Below, in pieces: positions 13,748-25,830 of a stretch of DNA of 64,000 nt (its first letter is position 1; every line of letters begins with the position of its first letter). The stretch is from Octopus vulgaris (Eukaryota), in the NCBI GenBank assembly GCA_951406725.2, contig OX597828.1, forward strand, positions 41,974,001 to 42,038,000, written 5' to 3'. The position numbers and the translations under genes are program-made. Below the pieces are notes generated by a model. It made no database searches and was not told the origin of the DNA. It saw nothing but the letters and a program-made list of their open reading frames with translations.

Positions 13748-13950
13748 TTGTGTGTCTGTGTTTGTCTCCCCCACCATCGCTTGACAACCGATGTTGGTGT
13801 GTTTACGTCCCTGTAAGCTAGCGGTTCGTCAAAAGAGACCGATAGAATAAGTACTAGGCTTACAAAGAATAAGTCTTGGGGGGGGGGGGGTCGATTTGTT
13901 CAACTAAAGGGCGTGCTCCAGCATGGCCGCAGTCATATGACTGAAACAAA
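13558..13950 (+). mobile_element. SINE family A copy, 5'-clipped
   Basis: Matches the family A consensus. Confidence 0.85.
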
Positions 13951-13967
13951 AGAATATATATATATAT

Positions 13968-14106
13968 ATCAAGATTAATCAGCCGAAATTGCTAAGATGA
14001 TCTGGTTCTTGACTGATGACTGAGGGCTTCGAATGTCCCGTCCTGTGGTTCTTGTGTCGTCTCTGTGGTGTTTCATGTTCTTGTCCATGTCTGTAATTAT
14101 TTTTAC

Positions 14107-14112
<6 letters not shown>
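13968..14112 (+). mobile_element. (TA)-flanked unclassified repeat family D
   Basis: caagattaatcagccgaaattgc...gactgatga...cttcgaatg. Other copies lie at 35705-35885 (+), 53310-53560 (-) and 56670-57010 (-). Confidence 0.7.
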
Positions 14113-14187
<75 letters not shown>

Positions 14188-14551
14188 GGAGGGAGGGAGA
14201 GATTGACAGACAACTAGACAGATAGACAGACAGGTAAATAGATTGATAGATCGATAGATCGATATGTCTCACTATATCTGTCTATCTATTGTGTGTGTAT
14301 GTATATGTGACAGTTGCATGTCGGCTGAGATATACCATAATTGGAGATAAGGCAGCCTTTATGCCTTTCCGCGGTTGATAGAACCGGCTTGAAGCGGTTC
14401 CATTTTGGTATCAAACGTGTTGGTGGTGCTTCGTGGTGGCGGCGATATTTGCGATGATGGTCGCTGTGGTGGTCACGGTCGTGAGTGTCGCTGGTGGAAG
14501 CGATGCTGCTGCTGATAATGATGATGTAAAGCTGATCATGATGTCAATGAA

Positions 14552-14605
<54 letters not shown>

Positions 14606-15025
14606 GGTGGTGGTAGTGGTAGTGGTGATGGAGAAGAACAATAAGATCAACATCAACAACGATATTCAAAACAAGAAATAAAACTTACTACTACTACTAC
14701 TACTACTACTACAACAACAACAACTACTACTACTACTACTACTACTACAACAACAACTACTACTACTACTACTACTACTACTACTGCCATTACCACCATC
14801 ACCACCACCACCACCACTACCACCTTTATTACCACTATGCTCGTCCTTTAACTCTAACGCTACCACCAATGCTTTAGCCCATACTATTTTATTATTAAAA
14901 CACTACACACCTCCGCATCGATTATTATTGCCTTTGAATCTAAGCTTCCATATCTACATTGTTAAATAATGAGAGTTTTATTGTTGGCTAGCGTAATTAT
15001 CGTCGTCATAATAATAGTAATAATG

Positions 15026-15081
<56 letters not shown>

Positions 15082-15441
15082 CATCATCATCATCATCGTC
15101 GTTGTCGTCGTCGTCGTCGTCGTCATCATCATCATCATCATTATCACCATCATTATCCCGACCACTACAACCACGACCAACGCTGCCTCTACCGTCACGA
15201 TGGCGACAACTACCACCACCACCACCACCACCACCACCACCACTACCACCACTACTACCACCACCACCGCCGCCACCACCACCACCACCACCACCACCAC
15301 CACCACCACCACCACTACCACCACCACCACCACCACCACCACCGCCACCACCACCACCACCGCCGCCGCCGCCGCCGCCAAAGGACAACGGCAAAACCAG
15401 CACAACGAATACCACTGCCACCACCGCCTTCACATTCACCA

Positions 15442-15481
<40 letters not shown>

Positions 15482-15677
15482 CTCTCTCTTTCTCTCCCTC
15501 CTCCTCACCGTTGTCGTCGTCGTCGTCGTCGTCACCATTATCATCACATTAGTAGTTTCATTACCTGCGAAATAAGTACCTTAATTATTGTTTTCCGTCA
15601 ATTACACACACGCGTATGCGTGTATGTATGTGCGCGTGCACATATATATTTATATACATATATATGTATATATACAG

Positions 15678-15711
<34 letters not shown>

Positions 15712-15892
15712 AGATAGATAGAGAGAGAGAGGGGGGGAATAGACAGTCTGAGAAGAGATTAATTTCCAAATAGTAATGCGCATATTCACGTCTACATAGC
15801 TTAAAATATGTATTGAATTATATATTGGCATGCGTATATACATGTTTGAATGTATGTATGCATATACATTATGTATATATGAATACATAATA

Positions 15893-16004
<112 letters not shown>

Positions 16005-17054
16005 TACATATATACACACACAAAGGCATACACACACACATGTATGTATGTATTTATGTATGTATTGTACGTATGTAGTTTGTATGTATACGTACATTAC
16101 TTCGTGAAATTGAATGTCTTTAAACGTAACTTACCAATGTATCGAGTATTAGTGCGCATGCGTGCAAAGTGTGACTGCGTATATGTTCGCATGTATGTAT
16201 GTGTGTGTGTATGTGTGTGAATGTTTGTGTTTATTTGGTTGCAGCATGCTATTATACGCCGTAATATGTCGCTAGTGAGCTGGAAACTGAAGTTGTTAAG
16301 CAAATCAGATTGAAATGTCCAAATACAACGACAGTAGCTAAGATGGCGACCACTGAGCAGTGCTTAATGACGGGCGTCTTTGTTTTACTTTCTTTTCGCT
16401 TAATATGGCTTCTAATTGGAATAGTGTTTGGCAGAACGTGAAGTGGTTGTACGGTAGTGGTTGTTGTGGTTGTTGTGGTTGTGGCGGTGATGGTGGTTGT
16501 ATGTGGAATGCGGTATGGTAGTGTTGTTTTGGTACTGCTTTGGTCATGATCGTGATCGATGTAGCATGGTGTTGTTGTTGTGTTAGATTTGTTGTTGTCG
16601 TTGTCGATAGGAACAGTATCGCTGGTGGTGGCGGTTGTGGAAGCGGTGGCAGCGGCCACTTTCGGTGGCGGCGGCGGCCACTTTTGGTGGCGTCAGTGAT
16701 GGTGGTTATATTTTGTCGTCATTGTTGTTGTTCTGGTCTTCGGTGTGGTAATGATGCTACAGATGTTGTTGCTGAGCACTGATGGTGGTGGTGGTGGCCG
16801 TGGTGGTGGTAGTGGTGAGTGGTGGTATTGGTATTGTTTTGGTAGTTGTCTTATGGTGGTTGTGTCAGGGCAGTGGTGATAAAAAGTGGCACTCCGTCGG
16901 TTACTACGACGTGTGCTCTATTTGATCCGATCACCCCAAACTGACCAAAGCCTTGTGAGTGGATTTTGTAGATGTAAACCGTGTGGAAGCCGATACACAC
17001 ACACACACACACACACACATTTGTATGTATATATATATATATATATATATATTT

Positions 17055-17395
17055 ATAGAAAAACAAAAGAGGCAGATAGGTGTAGGAACAACAAGCAGGT
17101 GTATTAGTTTGACGATCGGGAAAATTATGATAAAGTCTTTTAAGTTTCGAGCCTTCGCTCTTCAACAGAAAGGAATAAGAAAAAATAAATAGAGAGAGAA
17201 TGAAAAAACAACTTGTAGATTTAGCGGTCAAATATGGCGAAAGATTAGGAAAAATAAGTTTGAAAGAAATTCTCTTATTTCTCTTTGTTGAAGAACGTAG
17301 GCTCGAAACGTAAAAGACTTTTTCATTTTCCCGAGCGTCAAACTAATACACCTGCTTGTTGTTCGTACATCTGTCTTCGTTTTTTCTTTTTCTAT
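17055..17395. mobile_element. Inverted pair of minimal-HHR repeat units (PLE pseudo-LTR-like)
   Basis: Arms at about 17055-17190 and 17268-17395 are diverged reverse complements. The left arm reads (minus) CUUU-CUGUUGA-A-GAGC-GAAG-GCUC-GAAAC-UUA^AAAG. Confidence 0.65.
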
Positions 17396-17547
17396 AGATT
17401 TCAACTACATATTGTACGCTCACGTGGTCACCCCAGTTTTATCCTGCCATAACTTCCTACTATTTGAATTTGCATATCTTCATCTACATACCAGCACACC
17501 CCCTGGGTTACCACTAGATATATACTGACTCTACTTTCACGGATATC

Positions 17548-17810
17548 ACAAGGATATCCAGAGGTAATGCAGTACGATCGTTTCATGCAACTCCATTTAA
17601 TTGAACGATGCAATCATTACATCAATTTAAAACGCAGAACAATCCTCAACTGCACAAAGACATAGAATTGAATTAAATTAGAACAGATAGACACATTAGT
17701 ATAATTATACCTAAAATCTACAAGAAGTTAAATTGATGTAATGATTGCATTGTTCAATTAAATGGAGTTGCATGAAACGATCGTACTGCATTACCTCTGG
17801 ATATTCTTGT
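17548..17810. repeat. 83-bp inverted repeat with ~97-bp spacer, overlapping an HHR
   Basis: 17548-17630 versus 17728-17810, about two mismatches. Confidence 0.9.
17567..17655 (-). ncRNA. Type I HHR motif with C3>U change and long stem II
   Basis: GUGCAG-UUGAGGA-[long hairpin]-GAAAC-GAUC-GUA^CUGCAU. Stem I has 6 bp and stem III is the palindrome ACGAUCGU. Confidence 0.65.
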
Positions 17811-18360
17811 TGCTTATTTTGATTTTAATCACCATATTTTGAAATTGTATGGATAATGCCGTACTAAATTCTGGTGTCTCAACTTAAGTATCATATTCAT
17901 CTGGATAAATACAAATATATATAAGCAAAACATTCAAACACTACGATTTAAAATAAGATGTCACTACAGTTAATATCACATGTAGATAAAATTTTAAATT
18001 GATGGAATCAACAGTAGTAATATGAGTGATTCGCAGGCAAATAGAATTATTTAGCTATAAATTACAAATTGCAACTTTGCACGCAGAGTAAGGAGGCATA
18101 AAAGCATGCACCTGCTAGAAATAAGAGCTAAAGTCTTAATTAAACCGCTATACAGCACGAAAATAACAGAGAAAAACAGCAGGCCAGGAAACGGAAAGAA
18201 TTAATACATTGAAAAGCACAAAAGTAAAAGCTTATGCAGTTTAGGACATCCACATACATACATACATACATACGTACATACATACATACATACATACATA
18301 CATACATACATACATACATACGTACATACATACATACATACATACATACATGTATGTATG

Positions 18361-18407
18361 TAGAAGAAGAAGAAGAAGAAGAAGAAGAAGAAGACGAAGA
18401 GGAAGAA

Positions 18408-18439
<32 letters not shown>

Positions 18440-18693
18440 CGAAGAGAAGAAGAAGAAGAAGAAGAAGAAGAAGAAGAAGAAGAAGAAGAAGAAGAAGAAG
18501 AAGAAGAAGAAGAAGAGAAGAAGAAGAAGAAGAAGAAGAAGAAGAAGAAGAAGAAGAAGAAGAAGAAGAAGAAGAAGAAGAAGAAGAAGAAGAAGAAGAA
18601 GAAGAAGAAGAAGAAGAAGAAGAAGAAGAAGAAGAAGAAGAAGAAGAAGAAGAAGAAGAAGAAGAAGAAGAAGAAGAAGAAGAAGAAGAAGAA
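18361..18693 (+). repeat. ~330-bp (GAA)n polypurine microsatellite
   Basis: Direct reading. A similar tract lies at 43139-43327. Confidence 0.95.
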
Positions 18694-19676
18694 CGCAACA
18701 AAAATAAAACAAAATAATAATAGAAAACAAAAACGAAATAATAAAACGAATAAAAATGTACGGAAACAGAAATTTAAAAAACAACAACAATACTATGATT
18801 TGAAATTAAATAATTAAATAATTTGTATAGATTTATTTCACAAAGTTGGGTATGAGTGAGAAAGAGGGAGGGGCAGAGGGGCGAGGTAAATGCTAAAAGA
18901 GAGAGGAGAGACGGAGAGGGAGAGAGACAGAGCGGGTGTAAGAGAATGGAGCGTGGGCGGGAAGAATGAAGAGGAGGAAGAAGCGGAAGAGAAAGAGAAG
19001 AGAAGATTGAAATAAATATGGTGAGAGCCAGACAGAGGAAGAAGGAAGAGAAAGAAGAGCAAGGAGAGAAAAACTATGTGTGTGTGTGTGTGCAATGGAA
19101 ACAGAAGGAATTGGAGAGGTTGAAGAACAGACAATAGATGAGGAGGAGGGGGATTATACGGACAGACAGACGAACAGACAGAGAGATTAAAATGTTTTGA
19201 CTAAAATCTAGAAGAAAAGAAATGTGGAATTAGCGTCTTAATGCGAATTACCGTGACGAAACATTGCCTGTACACATGTACGCATGTATGTATGTATGTA
19301 TGTAAGTATATATGTATGTATGTGTATGTATGTATGTATGTGTGAATGTGTATTTATGTATGTATATATGTATGTATGTATGTATGTATGTACGTATGTA
19401 TGTGCGTGTATGTATCTATATATGCAGGTATGTGTGTATGTATGCATGTACGTATGTGTGAGTTTGTGTATGTGTGCATGTGTATGTGTATATGTATATA
19501 GATATAAATATATATATATATATATATAAAATAAATATAAGAGAGTGGTCACTATATTGATCACTCTAGCACCAGTTAATCCAAAAGGTTTCAACCACGA
19601 AAAATACATGTTTCCCATGAAAGCCAGTACGACTGTTAGCTCACACGGACAGGACAAATAAAAAATAACAAAAATA

Positions 19677-19770
19677 CAGATTATTTTGGGACAATTGTTT
19701 CGCTATTAATGAATTAAATGTAATATTACCTACAATAATCCATTTGTAGCTCTTCAGCCAAGACTATCTG
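19677..19770 (-). ncRNA. Type I hammerhead ribozyme, array unit 1
   Basis: Reverse complement of the motif at 21796-21889. Confidence 0.88.
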
Positions 19771-20210
19771 GATGAAATCCACTCAATCACACGCCAGATT
19801 TTACCATAACGATAAATACGCGTGCGGTTCAATTGATTACATCGGACGTTATAATTCAAATGCCCCAACCAACAGCGCGCCAAACTCTCACGGAAAACAA
19901 ATACAGCATTTAGAAATAAATGCAGCATAATTATAATTAATTAATAAGGGTGAGAGAATTAGATACTAATTTAATAGTATATCTATTCCACACCAAGTGG
20001 CCTAGTGCTACGAGAAACCTGGATTATTATAATATTTTATAATATATTATAATATTTTCACAAAATAAATATAAGAGAGTGGTCACTATATTGATCACTC
20101 TAGCACCAGTTAATCCAAAAGGTTTCAACCACGAAAAATACATGTTTCCCATGAAAGCCAGTACGACTGTTAGCTCACACGGACAGGACAAATAAAAAAT
20201 AACAAAAATA

Positions 20211-20304
20211 CAGATTATTTTGGGACAATTGTTTCGCTATTAATGAATTAAATGTAATATTACCTACAATAATCCATTTGTAGCTCTTCAGCCAAGACTA
20301 TCTG
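20211..20304 (-). ncRNA. Type I hammerhead ribozyme, array unit 2
   Basis: Identical motif, offset +534. Confidence 0.88.
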
Positions 20305-20744
20305 GATGAAATCCACTCAATCACACGCCAGATTTTACCATAACGATAAATACGCGTGCGGTTCAATTGATTACATCGGACGTTATAATTCAAATACCCC
20401 AACCAACAGCGCGCCAAACTCTCACGGAAAACAAATACAGCATTTAGAAATAAATGCAGCATAATTATAATTAATTAATAAGGGTGAGAGAATTAGATAC
20501 TAATTTAATAGTATATCTATTCCACACCAAGTGGCCTAGTGCTACGAGAAACCTGGATTATTATAATATTTTATAATATATTATAATATTTTCACAAAAT
20601 AAATATAAGAGAGTGGTCACTATATTGATCACTCTAGCACCAGTTAATCCAAAAGGTTTCAACCACGAAAAATACATGTTTCCCATGAAAGCCAGTACGA
20701 CTGTTAGCTCACACGGACAGGACAAATAAAAAATAACAAAAATA

Positions 20745-20838
20745 CAGATTATTTTGGGACAATTGTTTCGCTATTAATGAATTAAATGTAATATTACCTA
20801 CAATAATCCATTTGTAGCTCTTCAGCCAAGACTATCTG
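20745..20838 (-). ncRNA. Type I hammerhead ribozyme, array unit 3
   Basis: Identical motif, offset +1068. Confidence 0.88.
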
Positions 20839-21278
20839 GATGAAATCCACTCAATCACACGCCAGATTTTACCATAACGATAAATACGCGTGCGGTTCAA
20901 TTGATTACATCGGACGTTATAATTCAAATGCCCCAACCAACAGCGCGCCAAACTCTCACGGAAAACAAATACAGCATTTAGAAATAAATGCAGCATAATT
21001 ATAATTAATTAATAAGGGTGAGAGAATTAGATACTAATTTAATAGTATATCTATTCCACACCAAGTGGCCTAGTGCTACGAGAAACCTGGATTATTATAA
21101 TATTTTATAATATATTATAATATTTTCACAAAATAAATATAAGAGAGTGGTCACTATATTGATCACTCTAGCACCAGTTAATCCAAAAGGTTTCAACCAC
21201 GAAAAATACATGTTTCCCATGAAAGCCAGTACGACTGTTAGCTCACACGGACAGGACAAATAAAAAATAACAAAAATA

Positions 21279-21372
21279 CAGATTATTTTGGGACAATTGT
21301 TTCGCTATTAATGAATTAAATGTAATATTACCTACAATAATCCATTTGTAGCTCTTCAGCCAAGACTATCTG
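21279..21372 (-). ncRNA. Type I hammerhead ribozyme, array unit 4
   Basis: Identical motif, offset +1602. Confidence 0.88.
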
Positions 21373-21795
21373 GATGAAATCCACTCAATCACACGCCAGA
21401 TTTTACCATAACGATAAATACGCGTGCGGTTCAATTGATTACATCGGACGTTATAATTCAAATGCCCCAACCAACAGCGCGCCAAACTCTCACGGAAAAC
21501 AAATACAGCATTTAGAAATAAATGCAGCATAATTATAATTAATTAATAAGGGTGAGAGAATTAGATACTAATTTAATAGTATATCTATTCCACACCAAGT
21601 GGCCTAGTGCTACGAGAAACCTGGATTATTATAATATTTTATAATATATTATAATATTTTCACAAAATAAATATAAGAGAGTGGTCACTATATTGATCAC
21701 TCTAGCACCAGTTAATCCAAAAGGTTTCAACCACGAAAAATACATGTTTCCCATGAAAGCCAGTACGACTGGCGTGTGATTGAGTGGATTTCATC

Positions 21796-21889
21796 CAGAT
21801 AGTCTTGGCTGAAGAGCTACAAATGGATTATTGTAGGTAATATTACATTTAATTCATTAATAGCGAAACAATTGTCCCAAAATAATCTG
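21796..21889 (+). ncRNA. Type I hammerhead ribozyme, first inverted unit
   Basis: CAGAUAGUCUUGG-CUGAAGA(21809-15)-GCUA..AAUGGAUUA...UAAUUCAUU..UAGC-GAAA(21865-68)-C-AAUU-GUC^(21876)-CCAAAAUAAUCUG. All core nucleotides are canonical. Confidence 0.9.
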
Positions 21890-22329
21890 TATTTTTGTTA
21901 TTTTTTATTTGTCCTGTCCGTGTGAGCTAACAGTCGTACTGGCTTTCATGGGAAACATGTATTTTTCGTGGTTGAAACCTTTTGGATTAACTGGTGCTAG
22001 AGTGATCAATATAGTGACCACTCTCTTATATTTATTTTGTGAAAATATTATAATATATTATAAAATATTATAATAATCCAGGTTTCTCGTAGCACTAGGC
22101 CACTTGGTGTGGAATAGATATACTATTAAATTAGTATCTAATTCTCTCACCCTTATTAATTAATTATAATTATGCTGCATTTATTTCTAAATGCTGTATT
22201 TGTTTTCCGTGAGAGTTTGGCGCGCTGTTGGTTGGGGCATTTGAATTATAACGTCCGATGTAATCAATTGAACCGCACGCGTATTTATCGTTATGGTAAA
22301 ATCTGGCGTGTGATTGAGTGGATTTCATC

Positions 22330-22424
22330 CAGATAGTCTTGGCTGAAGAGCTACAAATGGATTATTGTAAGGTAATAGTACATTTAATTCATTAATAGCG
22401 AAACAATTGTCCCAAAATAATCTG
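22330..22424 (+). ncRNA. Type I hammerhead ribozyme, second inverted unit
   Basis: Same motif. The two differences (a 1-nt insertion and T>G) are confined to the tip of stem II. Confidence 0.88.
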
Positions 22425-22735
22425 TATTTTTGTTATTTTTTATTTGTCCTGTCCGTGTGAGCTAACAGTCGTACTGGCTTTCATGGGAAACATGTATTTT
22501 TCGTGGTTGAAACCTTTTGGATTAACTGGTGCTAGAGTGATCAATATAGTGACCACTCTCTTATATTTATTTTGTGAAAATATTATAATATATTATAAAA
22601 TATTATAATAATCCAGGTTTCTCGTAGCACTAGGCCACTTGGTGTGGAATAGATATACTATTAAATTAGTATCTAATTCTCTCACCCTTATTAATTAATT
22701 ATATATATATATACATATATATATGCATATATATA

Positions 22736-22841
<106 letters not shown>

Positions 22842-22844
22842 GTG

Positions 22845-22998
22845 AAGGGGCAATGGCCCAGTGGTTAAGGTAAGGCAGCGGACTCGCGGCCGTAGGATCG
22901 CAGTTTCGATTCCCAGACCGGGCGTTGTGAGTGTTTATTCAGCGAAAACACTCCACGAGACTTCAGCAGTGGTTGGTGCCGAACCCTACTGTACTCTT
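22845..22998 (+). mobile_element. Short tRNA-derived SINE inside (TA)n
   Basis: A box tggcccagtggttaag and B box gtttcgattccc. Confidence 0.6.
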
Positions 22999-23017
22999 TA
23001 TATATATATATATATAG

Positions 23018-23107
<90 letters not shown>

Positions 23108-23135
23108 CATTATATATATATATATATATATATAT

Positions 23136-23553
23136 AATTTCAACAATTGAGGGTAAAATTAATTAATTATTAATCAATTTCACCAAGTGTTCAGTATGCA
23201 AAGGGACCATTTAAGGCGAATTCAAATTATTACATTATATAAAAGGGCTTAGTAAAATAAATTACTTTGCCGCATACTGAACTCATTAGAAATAGCAGCT
23301 AAAAAACTTTTTAAAACTATTTCTAATACTTAAAGAAAACCTCTTTCATATAGTGTTTGCTCAACTCAACTCACGAAAGTTTGGGGGTAAAGACATCAAA
23401 AAATCAAATGCAAAGGTTATTTGAGAACGTACGTTTCAAGATTAGTCAACACGACACTTCTATCATCAGCTCAGAAACTCCTTGGTTTGGATTTGAAAAC
23501 ACTGAAAGTGAGAGCATACCCTTTCGGCTTCTCATCGCTTTCGAAGATCTGAG

Positions 23554-23556
<3 letters not shown>
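23136..23556 (-). mobile_element. (TA)n-flanked ~420-bp HHR-bearing element
   Basis: TA runs on both sides, an HHR at 23421-23476, and an AT-rich 'aatt...caccaagtg' segment resembling the 534-bp and 544-bp units. Confidence 0.65.
23421..23476 (-). ncRNA. Type I HHR motif
   Basis: UGAG-CUGAUGA-UAGA..GUC..GAC..UCUU-GAAAC-GUAC-GUU^CUCA. Stem III is the palindrome AACGUACGUU and there is a U.U mismatch at the base of stem II. Confidence 0.7.
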
Positions 23557-23632
<76 letters not shown>

Positions 23633-24055
23633 TTATATATACACATGCATATGCATGTACGGTGAAGAGGGTAGCGTTTCTAACTGGGTGAGGTGTGAGT
23701 TTGCACGTATATGCGTATGGAAATGTAAACGTACCTGTATGCTTGTGTGCGTCTGCGTGTATTCATGTCTGTATACTGTGCGTAAATGCGAAAAAGAAAG
23801 AATGAAAGAAAGAAGGAAAGAAAGAATGAATGTCAGATAGAAAGGAAGGAAGGAAGGAAGGAAGGAAGGAGACGGCAGTGGTTGTGGTTGTGGTAGTGGC
23901 GGTGGTGCAGCGGCAAAGAAACATGGTGTTTCTTTCACACTGTAATGCCATAATTATTGCAAAAATAATTAGTTAGAATTCAGCAACACGAGTGGAATGG
24001 TTGATTAGCAATATATATCCCCTCTGTTTGTCTATCTGTCTGTCGGTTCGGGTTT

Positions 24056-24093
<38 letters not shown>

Positions 24094-25244
24094 CCCACTC
24101 TCTCTCTTTCTCTCACTATGTATACATGTGTGTGTGTGTGTGCTGCACGCGTGAGCAAGTATGTGTATGCATATAGACGTATTGGTGCGAATGTGCATAC
24201 GTACATATATATTCATTTGTACATATATATATATATATATATATATACATATTTATATATATATTTATATATATATACATATTTATATATATATACACAA
24301 TTATATATATATACATATTTATATATATATGTGTGAGTGTGTGTGTGTATGCATGTATATATCTATACGCATATATATATATATGTGTGTGTATATATGT
24401 GTGTGTATATGTATGTATGTATATATATATATATAAATATAAGAAAAGAAAGCGCGAAAGGGAGAATATAACATCTATCTAATCAACCAGTCCACTCGCA
24501 TGCTCAACAGGGTATATTCGCGTATGCATACATACATACATACATGCATACAGACATACATACATACATACATGCATACATACATACATACATACATACA
24601 TACATACATGCATACATACATGAATACATACATACATATATACATACATACACGTATATATATATACACACATGTAAGCACACACACAGACATATATGCA
24701 GTATGTGTATATATACATGTATATAATATATATGTATACGCACCCACATGAACGTGTGTATGCATGTACGTATGTATAAATGTATTTTTTGTATGTGTGT
24801 ATATGCAATTAGTTTGTGTGATAATTCCGGTAACTAACTCAATGCTGGAATCAAGTGTGAATCAGAAATCAATCAGAAATGGAATCAAGAATTGTTTATT
24901 TCTCCAGAAATTAGAACCAAATCTTAACATTTACAACACGAAGATAGCAATATAGTTACCCCCGCCGCCTCCTCCATCACCACCACTATTTCTCCCACCA
25001 TAATCACTACAATGACCATCGCCGCGTCTACCACCACCACCACCACCACCACCATTTTTTTTAAGACGGTAGAGAGAATAATTTGAGGAATATTTGGCTA
25101 CTATTTCTTAGCGGACAATACTTGCATAAAACAAACTACCTTGTGGTATTTGTTAAATCTCTCTACACACCGAGTCCTTATGTCAACTTCGCCTCTTTTT
25201 CGTCCTTTCAGATTCGATGAAATAAGCAGCAGCTAACCCAAACA

Positions 25245-25830
25245 GCCAACCAACCAACCAACCAACCAACCAACCAACCAACCAACCAACCAACCAACCA
25301 ACCAACCAACCAACCAACCAGCCAACCGACCGACCAACCAACCAACCAGCCAACCAACCAACCAACCAACCAGCCAACCAACCAACCAACCAGCCAACCA
25401 GCCAACCAACCAACCAGCCAACCAGCCAACCGACCAACAGACCAACCAACCGTCCAACCAACCAACCAACCAACCGTCCAACCAACCAGCCAACCAACCA
25501 ACCAGCCAACCGACCAGCAGACCAACCAACCAGCCAGCCAGCCAACCGACCGACCAACCAACCAACCAACCAACCAACCAACCAACCAACCAACCGTCCA
25601 ACCAACCAACCGTCCAACCAGCCCACCAACCGTCCAACCAACCAACCAACCGTCCAACCAACCAACCGTCCAACCAGCCAGCCAACCGACCGACCAACCA
25701 ACCAGCACACCAACCGTCAAACCAACCAACCAACCAACCAACCAACCAACCAACCAACCAACCAACCAACCAACCAACCGACCAACAGACCAACCAGCCA
25801 GCCCACCAACCAGCTAGCCAACCAACCGAA
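25245..25830. repeat. (AACC)n microsatellite with variant units
   Basis: Direct reading. Confidence 0.9.

Larger units (their letters stand above)
19528..22700. repeat. 534-bp tandem array (4.2 direct plus ~1.75 inverted units) flanked by (TA)n; retrozyme-like
   Basis: gagagtggtc occurs at 19541, 20075, 20609, 21143 and 21677 (period 534). Orientation flips at about 21770. Units are nearly identical. Confidence 0.95.

Noticed and set aside
19528-22700. CRISPR-like or coding interpretation of the array
   Set aside because: There are no unique spacers and no ORF within the unit, and the context is eukaryotic.
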